Source: Eledone cirrhosa (taxonomy: Eukaryota). Taken from it: a DNA stretch of 64,000 nucleotides. Shown here one piece after another: positions 39,201 through 54,200 of the stretch (its first letter is position 1; each line of letters opens with the position of its first letter). The notes below the pieces were generated by a model. It was not told where the DNA came from. It saw only the letters and a list, made by a program, of their open reading frames with translations, and ran no database searches. The stretch lies in contig OZ024741.1 in NCBI GenBank assembly GCA_964016885.1, positions 403,744,001-403,808,000 of the forward strand. The letters are read 5' to 3'. Position numbers and translations under genes: made by a program.

Positions 39201-42200
39201 TCTCTGTGATACAGTTGATTAGTTAGAGTGATAGATCCTAGTGTCTCTGTGATATAGCTGATTAGTTAGATTGATAGATCTTAGTGTCTCTGTGATATGG
39301 TTGATTAGTTAGAGTGATAGATCCTAGTGTCTCTGTGATATAGCTGATTAGTTAGAGTGATAGATCCTAGTGTCTCTGTGATATAGTTGATTAGTTAGAG
39401 TGATAGATCCTAGTGTCTCTGTGATATAGTTGATTAGTTAGAGTGATAGTTCCTAGTGTCTCTGTGATATAGCTGATTAGTTAGAGTGATAGCTCCTAGT
39501 GTCTCTGTGATATAGTTGATTAGTTAGAGTGATAGATCCTAGTGTCTCTGTGATATAGCTGATTAGTTAGAGTGATAGATCCTAGTGTCTCTGTTATATA
39601 GCTGATTAGTTAGAATGATAGATCCTAGTGTGTCTGTGATATGGTTTATTAGTTAGAGTGATAGATCCTATTGTCTCTGTGATATAGTTGATTAGTTATA
39701 GTGATAGATCCTAGTGTCTCTGTGATATAGTTGATTAGTTAGAGTGATAGATCCTAGTGTCTCTGTGATTTAGTTGATTAGTTAGAGTGATAGATCCTAG
39801 TGTCTCTGTGATATGGTTGATTAGTTAGAGTGATAGATCCTAGTGTCACTGTGATGTAGTTGATTAGTTAGAGTGATAGATTCTAGTGTCTCTGTGATAT
39901 AGTTGATTAGTTAGAGTGATAGATCCAAGTGTCTCTGTGATATAGTTGATTAGTTAGAGTGATAGATCCTAGTGTCTCTGTGATATAGCAGATTAGTTAG
40001 AGTGAGAGATCCTAGTGTCTCTGTTATATAGCTGATTAGTTAGAGTGATAGATACTAGTGTCTCTGTTATATAGCTGATTAGTTAGAGTGATAGATCCTA
40101 GTGTCTCTGTGATATAGCTGATTAGTTTGAGTGATAGATCCTAGTGTCACTGTGATATGGTTGATTAGTTAGAGTGATAGATCCTATTGTTTTTGTAATA
40201 TTGTTGATTAGTTAGAGTGATAGATCCTAGTGTCTCTGTTATATAGCTGATTAGTCAGAGTGATAGATCCTAGTGTCTCTGTTATATAGCTGATTAGTTA
40301 AAGTGATAGATCCTAGTGTCTCTGTGATATGGTTGATTAGTTGCAGTGATAGATCCTAGTGTCTTTCTGATATGGTTGATTAGTTAGAGTGATAGATCCT
40401 AGTGTCTCTGTGATATGGTTGATTAGTTGCAGTGATAGATCCTAGTGTCTTTCTGATATGGTTGATTAGTTAGAGTGATAGATGCTAGTGTCACTGTGAT
40501 ATAGGTGATTAGTTAGAGTGATAGTTCCTAGTGTCTCTGTGATATAGTTGATTAGTTAGAGTGATAGATCCTAGTGTCTCTGTGATATAGTTGATTAGTT
40601 AGAGTGATAGATCCTAGTGTCTCTGTGATATAGTTGATTAGTTAGAGTGATAGATCCTAGTGTCTCTGTGATATGGTTGATTAGTTAGAGTGATAGATTC
40701 TAGTGTCTCTGTGATATAGTTGATTAGTTAGAGTGATAGATCCTAGTGTCTCTGTGATATAGTTGATTAGTTAGAGTGATAGATCCTAGTGTTTCTGTGA
40801 TATAGCTGATTAGTTAGAGTGATAGATCTTAGTGTCTCTGTGATATAGCTGATGAGTTAGAGTGATAGATCCTAGTCTCTCTGTTATATAGCTGATTAAT
40901 TAGAGTGATAGATCCTAGTGTCTCTGTAATATAGCTGATTAGTTAGAGTGATAGATCCTAGTGTCACTGTGATATAGCCGATTAGTCAGAGTGATAGAGA
41001 TCCTAGTGTCTCTGTTATATAGGTGATTAGTTAGAGTGATAGATCCTAGTGTCTCTGTGATATAGTTAATTAGATAGAGTGATAGATCCTAGTGTCTCTG
41101 TGATATAGTTGATTAGTTAGAGTGATAGATCCTAATGTCTCTGTGATATGGTTGATTAGTTAGAGTGATAGATCCTAGTGTCTCTGTGATATAGCTGATG
41201 AGTTAGAGTTATAGATCCTAGTGTCTCTATGATATAGTTGATTAGTTAGAGTGATAGATCCTAGTGTCTCTGTGATATGGTTGATTAGTTAGAGTGATAG
41301 ATACTAGTGTCTCTGTTATATACTTGATTAGTTAGAATGATAGATCCTAGTGTCTCTGTGATATGGTTTATTAGATAGAGTGATAGATCCTAGTGTCTCT
41401 GTGATATAGCCGATTAGTCAGAGTGATAGATCCTAGAGTCTCTGTGATAGAGCTGATTAGTTAGAGTGATAGATCCTAGTCTCTCTGTGATATAGCTGAT
41501 TAGTTAGAGTGATAGATCCTAGTGTCTCTGTGATATAGCTGATTAGTTAGAGTGATAGATCCTAGTGTCTCTGTGATATAGTTGATTAGTTAGAGTGATA
41601 GATCCTATTGTCTCTGTGATATAGTTGATTAGTTAGAGTGATAGATCCTAGTGTCTCTGTGATATAGCTGATTAGTTAGAGTGATAGATCCTAGTGTCTC
41701 TGTGATATAGTTGATTAGTTAGAGTGATAGATCCTATTGTCTCTGTGATATAGTTGATTAGTTAGAGTGATAGATCCTATTATCTCTGTGATATAGTTAA
41801 TTAGTTAGAGTGATAGATCCTTGTGTCTCTGTGTTATAGTTGATTAGTTAGAGTGATAGATCCTAGTGTCTCTGTGATATGGTTGATTAGTTAGAGTGAT
41901 AGATCCTAATGTCTCTGTGATATAGTTGATTAGTTAGAGTGATAGATCCAAGTGTCTCTGTGATATAGTTGAATAGGTGGAGTGATAGATACTAGTGTTT
42001 CTGTGATATAGCTGGTTAGTTAGAGTGATAGATCTTAGTGTCTCTGTGATATAGCTGATGAGTTAGAGTGATATATCCTAGTGTCTCTGTTATATAGCTG
42101 ATTAGTTAGAGTGATAGATCCTAGTGTCTCTGTGATATAGCCGATTAGTCAGAGTGATAGAACCTAGTGTCTCTGTTATATAGGTGATTAGTTAGAGTGA

Positions 42201-45200
42201 TAGATCCTAGTGTCTCTGTGATATAGCCGATTAGTCAGAGTGATAGATCCTAATGTCTCTGTGATATAGTTAATTAGATAGAGTGATAGATCCTAGTGTC
42301 TCTGTGATATAGCTGATTAGTTAGAGTGATAGATCCTTGTGTCTCTGTGTTATAGTTGATTAGTTAGAGTGATAGATCCTAGTGTCTCTGTGATATGGTT
42401 GATTAGTTAGAGTGATAGATCCTAATGTCTCTGTGTTATAGTTGATTAGTTAGAGTGATAGATCCTAGTGTCTCTGTGATATGGTTGATTAGTCAGAGTG
42501 ATAGATCCTAATGTCTCTGTGATATGGTTGATTAGTCAGAGTGATAGATCCTAGAGTCTCTGTGATATACTTGATTAGTTAGAGTGATAGATCCTAGTGT
42601 CTCTGTGATATAGCTGATTAGTTAGAGTGATAGATCCTAGTGTCTCTGTGATATAGTTGATTAGTTAGAGTGATAGATCCTAGTGTCTCTGTGATATAGC
42701 TGATTAGTTAGAGTGATAGAACCTAGTGTCTCTGTGATATATCTGATTAGTTAGAGTGATAGATCCTAGTGTCTCTGTGATATAGCTGATTAGTTAGAGT
42801 GATAGATCCTAGTGTCTCTGTGATATAGCTGATTAGTTAGAGTGATAGATCCTAGTGTCTCTGTGATACAGTTGATTAGTTAGAGTGATAGATCCTAGTG
42901 TCTCTGTTATATAGCTGATTAGTTAGAATGATAGATCCTAGTGTGTCTGTGATATGGTTTATTAGTTAGAGTGATAGATCCTATTGTCTCTGTGATATAG
43001 TTGATTAGTTATAGTGATAGATCCTAGTGTCTCTGTGATATAGTTGATTAGTTAGAGTGATAGATCCTAGTGTCTCTGTGATATAGTTGATTAGTTAGAG
43101 TGATAGATCCTAGTGTCTCTGTGATATGGTTGATTAGTTAGAGTGATAGATCCTAGTGTCACTGTGATGTAGTTGATTAGTTAGAGTGATAGATTCTAGT
43201 GTCTCTGTGATATAGTTGATTAGTTAGAGTGATAGATCCAAGTGTCTCTGTGATATAGTTGATTAGTTAGAGTGATAGATCCTAGTGTCTCTGTGATATA
43301 GCAGATTAGTTAGAGTGAGAGATCCTAGTGTCTCTGTTATATAGCTGATTAGTTAGAGTGATAGATACTAGTGTCTCTGTTATATAGCTGATTAGTTAGA
43401 GTGATAGATCCTAGTGTCTCTGTGATATAGCTGATTAGTTTGAGTGATAGATCCTAGTGTCACTGTGATATGGTTGATTAGTTAGAGTGATAGATCCTAT
43501 TGTTTTTGTAATATTGTTGATTAGTTAGAGTGATAGATCCTAGTGTCTCTGTTATATAGCTGATTAGTTAGAGTGATAGATACTAGTGTCTCTGTTATAT
43601 AGCTGATTAGTTAAAGTGATAGATCCTAGTGTCTCTGTGATATGGTTGATTAGTTGCAGTGATAGATCCTAGTGTCTTTCTGATATGGTTGATTAGTTAG
43701 AGTGATAGATCCTAGTGTCTCTGTGATATGGTTGATTAGTTGCAGTGATAGATCCTAGTGTCTTTCTGATATGGTTGATTAGTTAGAGTGATAGATGCTA
43801 GTGTCACTGTGATATAGGTGATTAGTTAGAGTGATAGTTCCTAGTGTCTCTGTGATATAGTTGATTAGTTAGAGTGATAGATCCTAGTGTCTCTGTGATA
43901 TAGTTGATTAGTTAGAGTGATAGATCCTAGTGTCTCTGTGATATAGTTGATTAGTTAGAGTGATAGATCCTAGTGTCTCTGTGATATGGTTGATTAGTTA
44001 GAGTGATAGATTCTAGTGTCTCTGTGATATAGTTGATTAGTTAGAGTGATAGATCCTAGTGTCTCTGTGATATAGTTGATTAGTTAGAGTGATAGATCCT
44101 AGTGTTTCTGTGATATAGCTGATTAGTTAGAGTGATAGATCTTAGTGTCTCTGTGATATAGCTGATGAGTTAGAGTGATAGATCCTAGTCTCTCTGTTAT
44201 ATAGCTGATTAATTAGAGTGATAGATCCTAGTGTCTCTGTAATATAGCTGATTAGTTAGAGTGATAGATCCTAGTGTCACTGTGATATAGCCGATTAGTC
44301 AGAGTGATAGAGATCCTAGTGTCTCTGTTATATAGGTGATTAGTTAGAGTGATAGATCCTAGTGTCTCTGTGATATAGTTAATTAGATAGAGTGATAGAT
44401 CCTAGTGTCTCTGTGATATAGTTGATTAGTTAGAGTGATAGATCCTAATGTCTCTGTTATATACTTGATTAGTTAGAATGATAGATCCTAGTGTCTCTGT
44501 GATATGGTTTATTAGATAGAGTGATAGATCCTAGTGTCTCTGTGATATAGCCGATTAGTCAGAGTGATAGATCCTAGAGTCTCTGTGATAGAGCTGATTA
44601 GTTAGAGTGATAGATCCTAGTCTCTCTGTGATATAGCTGATTAGTTAGAGTGATAGATCCTAGTGTCTCTGTGATATAGCTGATTAGTTAGAGTGATAGA
44701 TCCTAGTGTCTCTGTGATATAGTTGATTAGTTAGAGTGATAGATCCTATTGTCTCTGTGATATAGTTGATTAGTTAGAGTGATAGATCCTAGTGTCTCTG
44801 TGATATAGCTGATTAGTTAGAGTGATAGATCCTAGTGTCTCTGTGATATAGTTGATTAGTTAGAGTGATAGATCCTATTGTCTCTGTGATATAGTTGATT
44901 AGTTAGAGTGATAGATCCTATTATCTCTGTGATATAGTTAATTAGTTAGAGTGATAGATCCTTGTGTCTCTGTGTTATAGTTGATTAGTTAGAGTGATAG
45001 ATCCTAGTGTCTCTGTGATATGGTTGATTAGTTAGAGTGATAGATCCTAATGTCTCTGTGATATAGTTGATTAGTTAGAGTGATAGATCCAAGTGTCTCT
45101 GTGATATAGTTGAATAGGTGGAGTGATAGATCCTAGTGTTTCTGTGATATAGCTGGTTAGTTAGAGTGATAGATCTTAGTGTCTCTGTGATATAGCTGAT

Positions 45201-48200
45201 GAGTTAGAGTGATATATCCTAGTGTCTCTGTTATATAGCTGATTAGTTAGAGTGATAGATCCTAGTGTCTCTGTGATATAGCCGATTAGTCAGAGTGATA
45301 GAACCTAGTGTCTCTGTTATATAGGTGATTAGTTAGAATGATAGATCCTAGTGTCTCTGTGATATAGCCGATTAGTCAGAGTGATAGATCCTAATGTCTC
45401 TGTGATATAGTTAATTAGATAGAGTGATAGATCCTAGTGTCTCTGTGATATAGCTGATTAGTTAGAGTGATAGATCCTTGTGTCTCTGTGTTATAGTTGA
45501 TTAGTTAGAGTGATAGATCCTAGTGTCTCTGTGATATGGTTGATTAGTTAGAGTGATAGATCCTAATGTCTCTGTGATATAGTTGATTAGTTAGAGTGAT
45601 AGATCCTAGTGTCTCTGTGATATGGTTGATTAGTCAGAGTGATAGATCCTAATGTCTCTGTGATATGGTTGATTAGTCAGAGTGATAGATCCTAGAGTCT
45701 CTGTGATATACTTGATTAGTTAGAGTGATAGATCCTAGTGTCTCTGTGATATAGCTGATTAGTTAGAGTGATAGATCCTAGTGTCTCTGTGATATAGTTG
45801 ATTAGTTAGAGTGATAGATCCTAGTGTCTCTGTGATATAGCTGATTAGTTAGAGTGATAGAACCTAGTGTCTCTGTGATATATCTGATTAGTTAGAGTGA
45901 TAGATCCTAGTGTCTCTGTGATATAGCTGATTAGTTAGAGTGATAGATCCTAGTGTCTCTGTGATATAGCTGATTAGTTAGAGTGATAGATCCTAGTGTC
46001 TCTGTGATACAGTTGATTAGTTAGAGTGATAGATCCTAGTGTCTCTGTGATAGAGTTGATTAGTTAGAGTGATAGATCGTAGTATGTCTGTGATGTAGTT
46101 AATTAGTTAGAGTGATAGATCCAAGTGTCTCTGTGATAGAGTTGATTAGTTAGAGTGATAGATCCTAGTATCTCTGTGATGTAGTTAATTAGTTAGAGTG
46201 ATAGATCCTAGTGTCTCTGTGATAGAGTTGATTAGTTAGAGTGATAGATCCTAATGTCTCTGTGATAGAGTTGATTAGTTAGAGTGATAGATCCTAGTAT
46301 CTCTGTGATAGAGTTAATTAGTTAGAGTGATAGATCCTAGTGTCTCTGTGATATGGTTGATTAGTTAGAGTGATAGATCCTATTGTCTCTGTGATATAGC
46401 TGATTAGGTAGAGTGATAGATCCTAGTGTCTCTGTTATATAGTTGATTAGTTAGAGTGATAGATCCTAGTGTCTCTGTGATATAGTTAATTATTTTGAGT
46501 GATAGATCCTAGTGTCTCTGTGATATAGTTCATTAGTTAGAGTGATAGATCCTAGTGTCTCTGTTATATAGCTGATTAGTTAGAGTGATATATCCTAGTG
46601 TCTCTGTGATATAGTTGATTAGATAGAGTGATAGATCCTAGTGTCTCTGTGATATAGTTGATTAGTTAGAGTGATAGATCCAAGTGTCTCTGTGATATAG
46701 TTGAATAGGTGGAGTGATAGATCCTAGTGTTTCTGTGATATAGCTGGTTAGTTAGAGTGATAGATCTTAGTGTCTCTGTGATATAGCTGATGAGTTAGAG
46801 TGATATATCCTAGTGTCTCTGTTATATAGGTGATTAGTTAGAGTGATAGATCCTAGTGTCTCTGTGATATAGCCGATTAGTCAGTGTGATAGAACCTAGT
46901 GTCTCTGTTATATAGGTGATTAGTTAGAGTGATAGATCCTAGTGTCTCTGTGATATAGTTAATTAGATAGAGTGATAGATCCTAGTGTCTCTGTGATATA
47001 GCTGATTAGTTAGAGTGATAGATCCTTGTGTCTCTGTGTTATAGTTGATTAGTTAGAGTGATAGATCCTAGTGTCTCTGTGATATAGCTGATTAGTTAGA
47101 GTGATAGATCCTAGTGTCTCTGTGATATGGCCGATTAGTCAGAGTGATAGAACCTAGTGTCTCTGTTATATAGGTGATTAGTTAGAGTGATAGATCCTAG
47201 TGTCTCTGTGATATAGTTAATTAGATAGAGTGATAGATCCTAGTGTCTCTGTGATATAGCTGATTAGTTAGAGTAATAGATCCTTGTGTCTCTGTGTTAT
47301 AGTTGATTAGTTAGAGTGATAGATCCTTGTGTCTCTGTGATATAGCTGATTAGTTAGAGTGATAGATCCTAGTGTCTCTGTGATATGGTTGATTAGTTAG
47401 AGTGATAGATCCAAGTGTCTCTGTGATATAGTTGATTAGTTAGAGTGATAGATCCTAGTGTCTCTGTGATATAGCTGATTAGTTAGAGTGAGAGATCCTA
47501 GTGTCTCTGTTATATAGCTGATTAGTTAGAGTGATAGATCCTAGTGTCTCTGTGATATAGTTAATTATTTTGAGTGATAGATCCTAGTGTCTCTGTGATA
47601 TAGTTGATTAGATAGAGTGATAGATCCTAGTGTCTCTGTGATATAGTTGATTAGTTAGAGTGATAGATCCAAGTGTCTCTGTGATATAGTTGAATAGGTG
47701 GAGTGATAGATCCTAGTGTTTCTGTGATATAGCTGATTAGTTAGAGTGATAGATCTTAGTGTCTCTGTGATATAGCTGATGAGTTAGAGTGATATATCCT
47801 AGTGTCTCTGTTATATAGCTGATTAGTTAGAGTGATAGATCCTAGTGTCTCTGTGATATAGCCGATTAGTCAGAGTGATAGAACCTAGTGTCTCTGTTAT
47901 ATAGGTGATTAGTTAGAGTGATAGATCCTAGTGTCTCTGTGATATAGTTAATTAGATAGAGTGATAGATCCTAGTGTCTCTGTGATATGGTTGATTAGTT
48001 AGAGTGACAGATCCTAGTGTCTCTGTGATATAGTTAATTAGTTAGAGTGATAGATTCTAGTGTCTCTGTGATATAGTTGATTAGTTAGAGTGATAGATCC
48101 AAGTGTCTCTGTGATATAGTTGATTAGTTAGAGTGATAGATCCTAGTGTCTCTGTGATATAGCAGATTAGTTAGAGTGAGAGATCCTAGTGTCTCTGTTA

Positions 48201-51200
48201 TATAGCTGATTAGTTAGAGTGATAGATACTAGTGTCTCTGTTATATAGCTGATTAGTTAGAGTGATAGATCCTAGTGTCTCTGTGATATAGCTGATTAGT
48301 TTGAGTGATAGATCCTAGTGTCTCTGTGATATGGTTGATTAGTTAGAGTGATAGATCCTATTGTTTTTGTAATATTGTTGATTAGTTAGAGTGATAGATC
48401 CTAGTGTCTCTGTTATATAGCTGATTAGTTAGAGTGATAGATCCTAGTGTCTCTGTGATATGGTTGATTAGTTGCAGTGATAGATCCTAGTGTCTTTCTG
48501 ATATGGTTGATTAGTTAGAGTGATAGATGCTAGTGTCACTGTGATATAGGTGATTAGTTAGAGTGATAGTTCCTAGTGTCTCTGTGATATAGTTGATTAG
48601 TTAGAGTGATAGATCCTAGTGTCTCTGTGATATAGTTGATTAGTTAGAGTGATAGATCCTAGTGTCTCTGTGATATAGTTGATTAGTTAGAGTGATAGAT
48701 CCTAGTGTCTCTGTGATATGGTTGATTAGTTAGAGTGATAGATTCTAGTGTCTCTGTGATATAGTTGATTAGTTAGAGTGATAGATCCTAGTGGCTCTGT
48801 GATATAGTTGATTAGTTAGAGTGATAGATCCTAGTGTCTCTGTGATATAGTTGATTAGTTAGAGTGATAGATCCTAATGTCTCTGTGATATCGTTGATTA
48901 GTTGGAGTGATAGATCCTAGTGTTTCTGTGATATAGCTGATTAGTTAGAGTGATAGATCTTAGTGTCTCTGTGATATAGCTGATGAGTTAGAGTGATAAA
49001 TCCTAGTCTCTCTGTTATATAGCTGATTAATTAGAGTGATAGATCCTAGTGTCTCTGTAATATAGCTGATTAGTTAGAGTGATAGATCCTAGTGTCACTG
49101 TGATATAGCCGATTAGTCAGAGTGATAGAAATTAGTGTCTCTGTTATATAGGTGATTAGTTAGAGTGATAGATCCTAGTGTCTCTGTGATATAGTTAATT
49201 AGATAGAGTGTTAGATCCTAGTGTCTCTGTGATATAGTTGATTAGTTAGAGTGATAGATCCTAATGTCTCTGTGATATGGTTGATTAGTTAGAGTGATAG
49301 ATCCCAGTGTCTCTGTGAAATAGCTGATGAGTTAGAGTTATAGATCCTAGTGTCTCTATGATATAGTTGATTAGTTAGAGTGATAGATCCTAGTGTCTCT
49401 GTGATATGGTTGATTAGTTAGAGTGATAGATACTAGTGTCTCTGTTATATACTTGATTAGTTAGAATGATAGATCCTAGTGTCTCTGTGATATGGTTTAT
49501 TAGATAGAGTGATAGATCCTAGTGTCTCTGTGATATAGCCGATTAGTCAGAGTGATAGATCCTAGAGTCTCTGTGATAGAGCTGATTAGTTAGAGTGATA
49601 GATCCTAGTCTCTCTGTGATATAGCTGATTAGTTAGAGTGATAGATCCTAGTGTCTCTGTGATATAGCTGATTAGTTAGAGTGATAGATCCTAGTGTCTC
49701 TGTGATATAGTTGATTAGTTAGAGTGATAGATCCTATTGTCTCTGTGATATAGTTGATTAGTTAGAGTGATAGATCCTAGTGTCTCTGTGATATAGCTGA
49801 TTAGTTAGAGTGATAGATCCTAGTGTCTCTGTGATATAGTTGATTAGTTAGAGTGATAGATCCTATTGTCTCTGTGATATAGTTGATTAGTTAGAGTGAT
49901 AGATCCTATTGTCTCTGTGATATAGCTGATTAGGTAGAGTGATAGATCCTAGTGTCTCTGTTATATAGTTGATTAGTTAGAGTGATAGATCCTAGTGTCT
50001 CTGTGATATAGTTGATTAGTTAGAGTGATAGATCCTAGTGTCTCTGTGATATAGTTGATTAGTTAGAGTGATAGATCCTAGTGTCTCTGTGATATAGTTG
50101 ATTAGTTAGAGTGATAGATCCTAGTGTCTCTGTGATATAGTTGATTAGTTAGAGTGATAGTTCCTCGTCTCTCTGTGATATAGTTGATTAGTTAGATTGA
50201 TAGATCCTAGTGTCTCTGTGATATGGTTGATTAGTTAGAGTGATAGATCCTAGTGTCTCTGTGATATAGCTGATTAGTTAGATTGATAGATCCTAGTGTC
50301 TCTGTGATATAGTTGATTAGTTAGAGTGATAGATCCTAGTGTCTCTGTGATATAGCTGATTAGTTAGAGTGATAGATCCTAGTGTCTCTGTGATATAGTT
50401 GATTAGTTACAGTGATAGATCCTAGTGTCTCTGTGATACAGTTGATTAGTTAGAGTGATAGATCCTAGTGTCTCTGTGATATAGCTGATTAGTTAGATTG
50501 ATAGATCTTAGTGTCTCTGTGATATGGTTGATTAGTTAGAGTGATAGATCCTAGTGTCTCTGTGATATAGCTGATTAGTTAGAGTGATAGATCCTAGTGT
50601 CTCTGTGATATAGTTGATTAGTTAGAGTGATAGATCGTAGTGTCTCTGTGATATAGTTGATTAGTTAGAGTGATAGTTCCTAGTGTCTCTGTGATATAGC
50701 TGATTAGTTAGAGTGATAGCTCCTAGTGTCTCTGTGATATAGTTGATTAGTTAGAGTGATAGATCCTAGTGTCTCTGTGATATAGCTGATTAGTTAGAGT
50801 GATAGATCCTAGTGTCTCTGTTATATAGCTGATTAGTTAGAATGATAGATCCTAGTGTGTCTGTGATATGGTTTATTAGTTAGAGTGATAGATCCTATTG
50901 TCTCTGTGATATAGTTGATTAGTTATAGTGATAGATCCTAGTGTCTCTGTGATATAGTTGATTAGTTAGAGTGATAGATCCTAGTGTCTCTGTGATATGG
51001 TTGATTAGTTAGAGTGATAGATCCTAGTGTCACTGTGATGTAGTTGATTAGTTAGAGTGATAGATTCTAGTGTCTCTGTGATATAGTTGATTAGTTATAG
51101 TGATAGATCCAAGTGTCTCTGTGATATAGTTGATTAGTTAGAGTGATAGATCCTAGTGTCTCTGTGATATAGCAGATTAGTTAGAGTGAGAGATCCTAGT

Positions 51201-54200
51201 GTCTCTGTTATATAGCTGATTAGTTAGAGTGATAGATACTAGTGTCTCTGTTATATAGCTGATTAGTTAGAGTGATAGATCCTAGTGTCTCTGTGATATA
51301 GCTGATTAGTTTGAGTGATAGATCCTAGTGTCACTGTGATATGGTTGATTAGTTAGAGTGATAGATCCTATTGTTTTTGTAATATTGTTGATTAGTTAGA
51401 GTGATAGATCCTAGTGTCTCTGTTATATAGCTGATTAGTTAGAGTGATAGATCCTAGTGTCTCTGTTATATAGCTGATTAGTTAAAGTGATAGATCCTAG
51501 TGTCTCTGTGATATGGTTGATTAGTTGCAGTGATAGATCCTAGTGTCTTTCTGATATGGTTGATTAGTTAGAGTGATAGATCCTAGTGTCTCTGTGATAT
51601 GGTTGATTAGTTGCAGTGATAGATCCTAGTGTCTTTCTGATATGGTTGATTAGTTAGAGTGATAGATGCTAGTGTCACTGTGATATAGGTGATTAGTTAG
51701 AGTGATAGTTCCTAGTGTCTCTGTGATATAGTTGATTAGTTAGAGTGATAGATCCTAGTGTCTCTGTGATATAGTTGATTAGTTAGAGTGTTAGATCCTA
51801 GTGTCTCTGTGATATAGTTGATTAGTTAGAGTGATAGATCCTAGTGTCTCTGTGATATGGTTGATTAGTTAGAGTGATAGATTCTAGTGTCTCTGTGATA
51901 TAGTTGATTAGTTAGAGTGATAGATCCTAGTGTCTCTGTGATATAGTTGATTAGTTTGAGTGATAGATCCTAGTGTCTCTGTGATATAGTTGATTAGTTA
52001 GAGTGATAGATCCTAATGTCTCTGTGATATCGTTGATTAGTTGGAGTGATAGATCCTAGTGTTTCTGTGATATAGCTGATTAGTTAGAGTGATAGATCTT
52101 AGTGTCTCTGTGATATAGCTGATGAGTTAGAGTGATAGATCCTAGTCTCTCTGTTATATAGCTGATTAATTAGAGTGATAGATCCTAGTGTCTCTGTAAT
52201 ATAGCTGATTAGTTAGAGTGATAGATCCTAGTGTCACTGTGATATAGCCGATTAGTCAGAGTGATAGAGATCCTAGTGTCTCTGTTATATAGGTGATTAG
52301 TTAGAGTGATAGATCCTAGTGTCTCTGTGATATAGTTAATTAGATAGAGTGATAGATCCTAGTGTCTCTGTGATATAGTTGATTAGTTAGAGTGATAGAT
52401 CCTAATGTCTCTGTGATATGGTTGATTAGTTAGAGTGATAGATCCTAGTGTCTCTGTGATATAGCTGATGAGTTAGAGTTATAGATCCTAGTGTCTCTAT
52501 GATATAGTTGATTAGTTAGAGTGATAGATCCTAGTGTCTCTGTGATATGGTTGATTAGTTAGAGTGATAGATACTAGTGTCTCTGTTATATACTTGATTA
52601 GTTAGAATGATAGATCCTAGTGTCTCTGTGATATGGTTTATTAGATAGAGTGATAGATCCTAGTGTCTCTGTGATATAGCCGATTAGTCAGAGTGATAGA
52701 TCCTAGAGTCTCTGTGATAGAGCTGATTAGTTAGAGTGATAGATCCTAGTCTCTCTGTGATATAGCTGATTAGTTAGAGTGATAGATCCTAGTGTCTCTG
52801 TGATATAGCTGATTAGTTAGAGTGATAGATCCTAGTGTCTCTGTGATATAGTTGATTAGTTAGAGTGATAGATCCTATTGTTTCTGTGATATAGTTGATT
52901 AGTTAGAGTGATAGATCCTAGTGTCTCTGTGATATAGCTGATTAGTTAGAGTGATAGATCCTAGTGTCTCTGTGATATAGTTGATTAGTTAGAGTGATAG
53001 ATCCTATTGTCTCTGTGATATAGTTGATTAGTTAGAGTGATAGATCCTTGTGTCTCTGTGTTATAGTTGATTAGTTAGAGTGATAGATCCTAGTGTCTCT
53101 GTGATATGGTTGATTAGTTAGAGTGATAGATCCTAATGTCTCTGTGATATAGTTGATTAGTTAGAGTGATAGATCCAAGTGTCTCTGTGATATAGTTGAA
53201 TAGGTGGAGTGATAGATCCTAGTGTTTCTGTGATATAGCTGGTTAGTTAGAGTGATAGATCTTAGTGTCTCTGTGATATAGCTGATGAGTTAGAGTGATA
53301 TATCCTAGTGTCTCTGTTATATAGCTGATTAGTTAGAGTGATAGATCCTAGTGTCTCTGTGATATAGCCGATTAGTCAGAGTGATAGAACATAGTGTCTC
53401 TGTTATATAGGTGATTAGTTAGAGTGATAGATCCTAGTGTCTCTGTGATATAGCCGATTAGTCAGAGTGATAGATCCTAATGTCTCTGTGATATAGTTAA
53501 TTAGATAGAGTGATAGATCCTAGTGTCTCTGTGATATAGCTGATTAGTTAGAGTGATAGATCCTTGTGTCTCTGTGTTATAGTTGATTAGTTAGAGTGAT
53601 AGATCCTAGTGTCTCTGTGATATGGTTGATTAGTTAGAGTGATAGATCCTAATGTCTCTGTGATATAGTTGATTAGTTAGAGTGATAGATCCTAGTGTCT
53701 CTGTGATATGGTTGATTAGTCAGAGTGATAGATCCTAATGTCTCTGTGATATGGTTGATTAGTCAGAGTGATAGATCCTAGAGTCTCTGTGATATACTTG
53801 ATTAGTTAGAGTGATAGATCCTAGTGTCTCTGTGATATAGCTGATTAGTTAGAGTGATAGATCCTAGTGTCTCTGTGATATAGTTGATTAGTTAGAGTGA
53901 TAGATCCTAGTGTCTCTGTGATATAGCTGATTAGTTAGAGTGATAGAACCTAGTGTCTCTGTGATATAGCTGATTAGTTAGAGTGATAGATCCTAGTGTC
54001 TCTGTGATATAGCTGATTAGTTAGAGTGATAGATCCTAGTGTCTCTGTGATATAGCTGATTAGTTAGAGTGATAGATCCTAGTGTCTCTGTGATACAGTT
54101 GATTAGTTAGAGTGATAGATCCTAGTGTCTCTGTGATAGAGTTGATTAGTTAGAGTGATAGATCGTAGTATGTCTGTGATGTAGTTAATTAGTTAGAGTG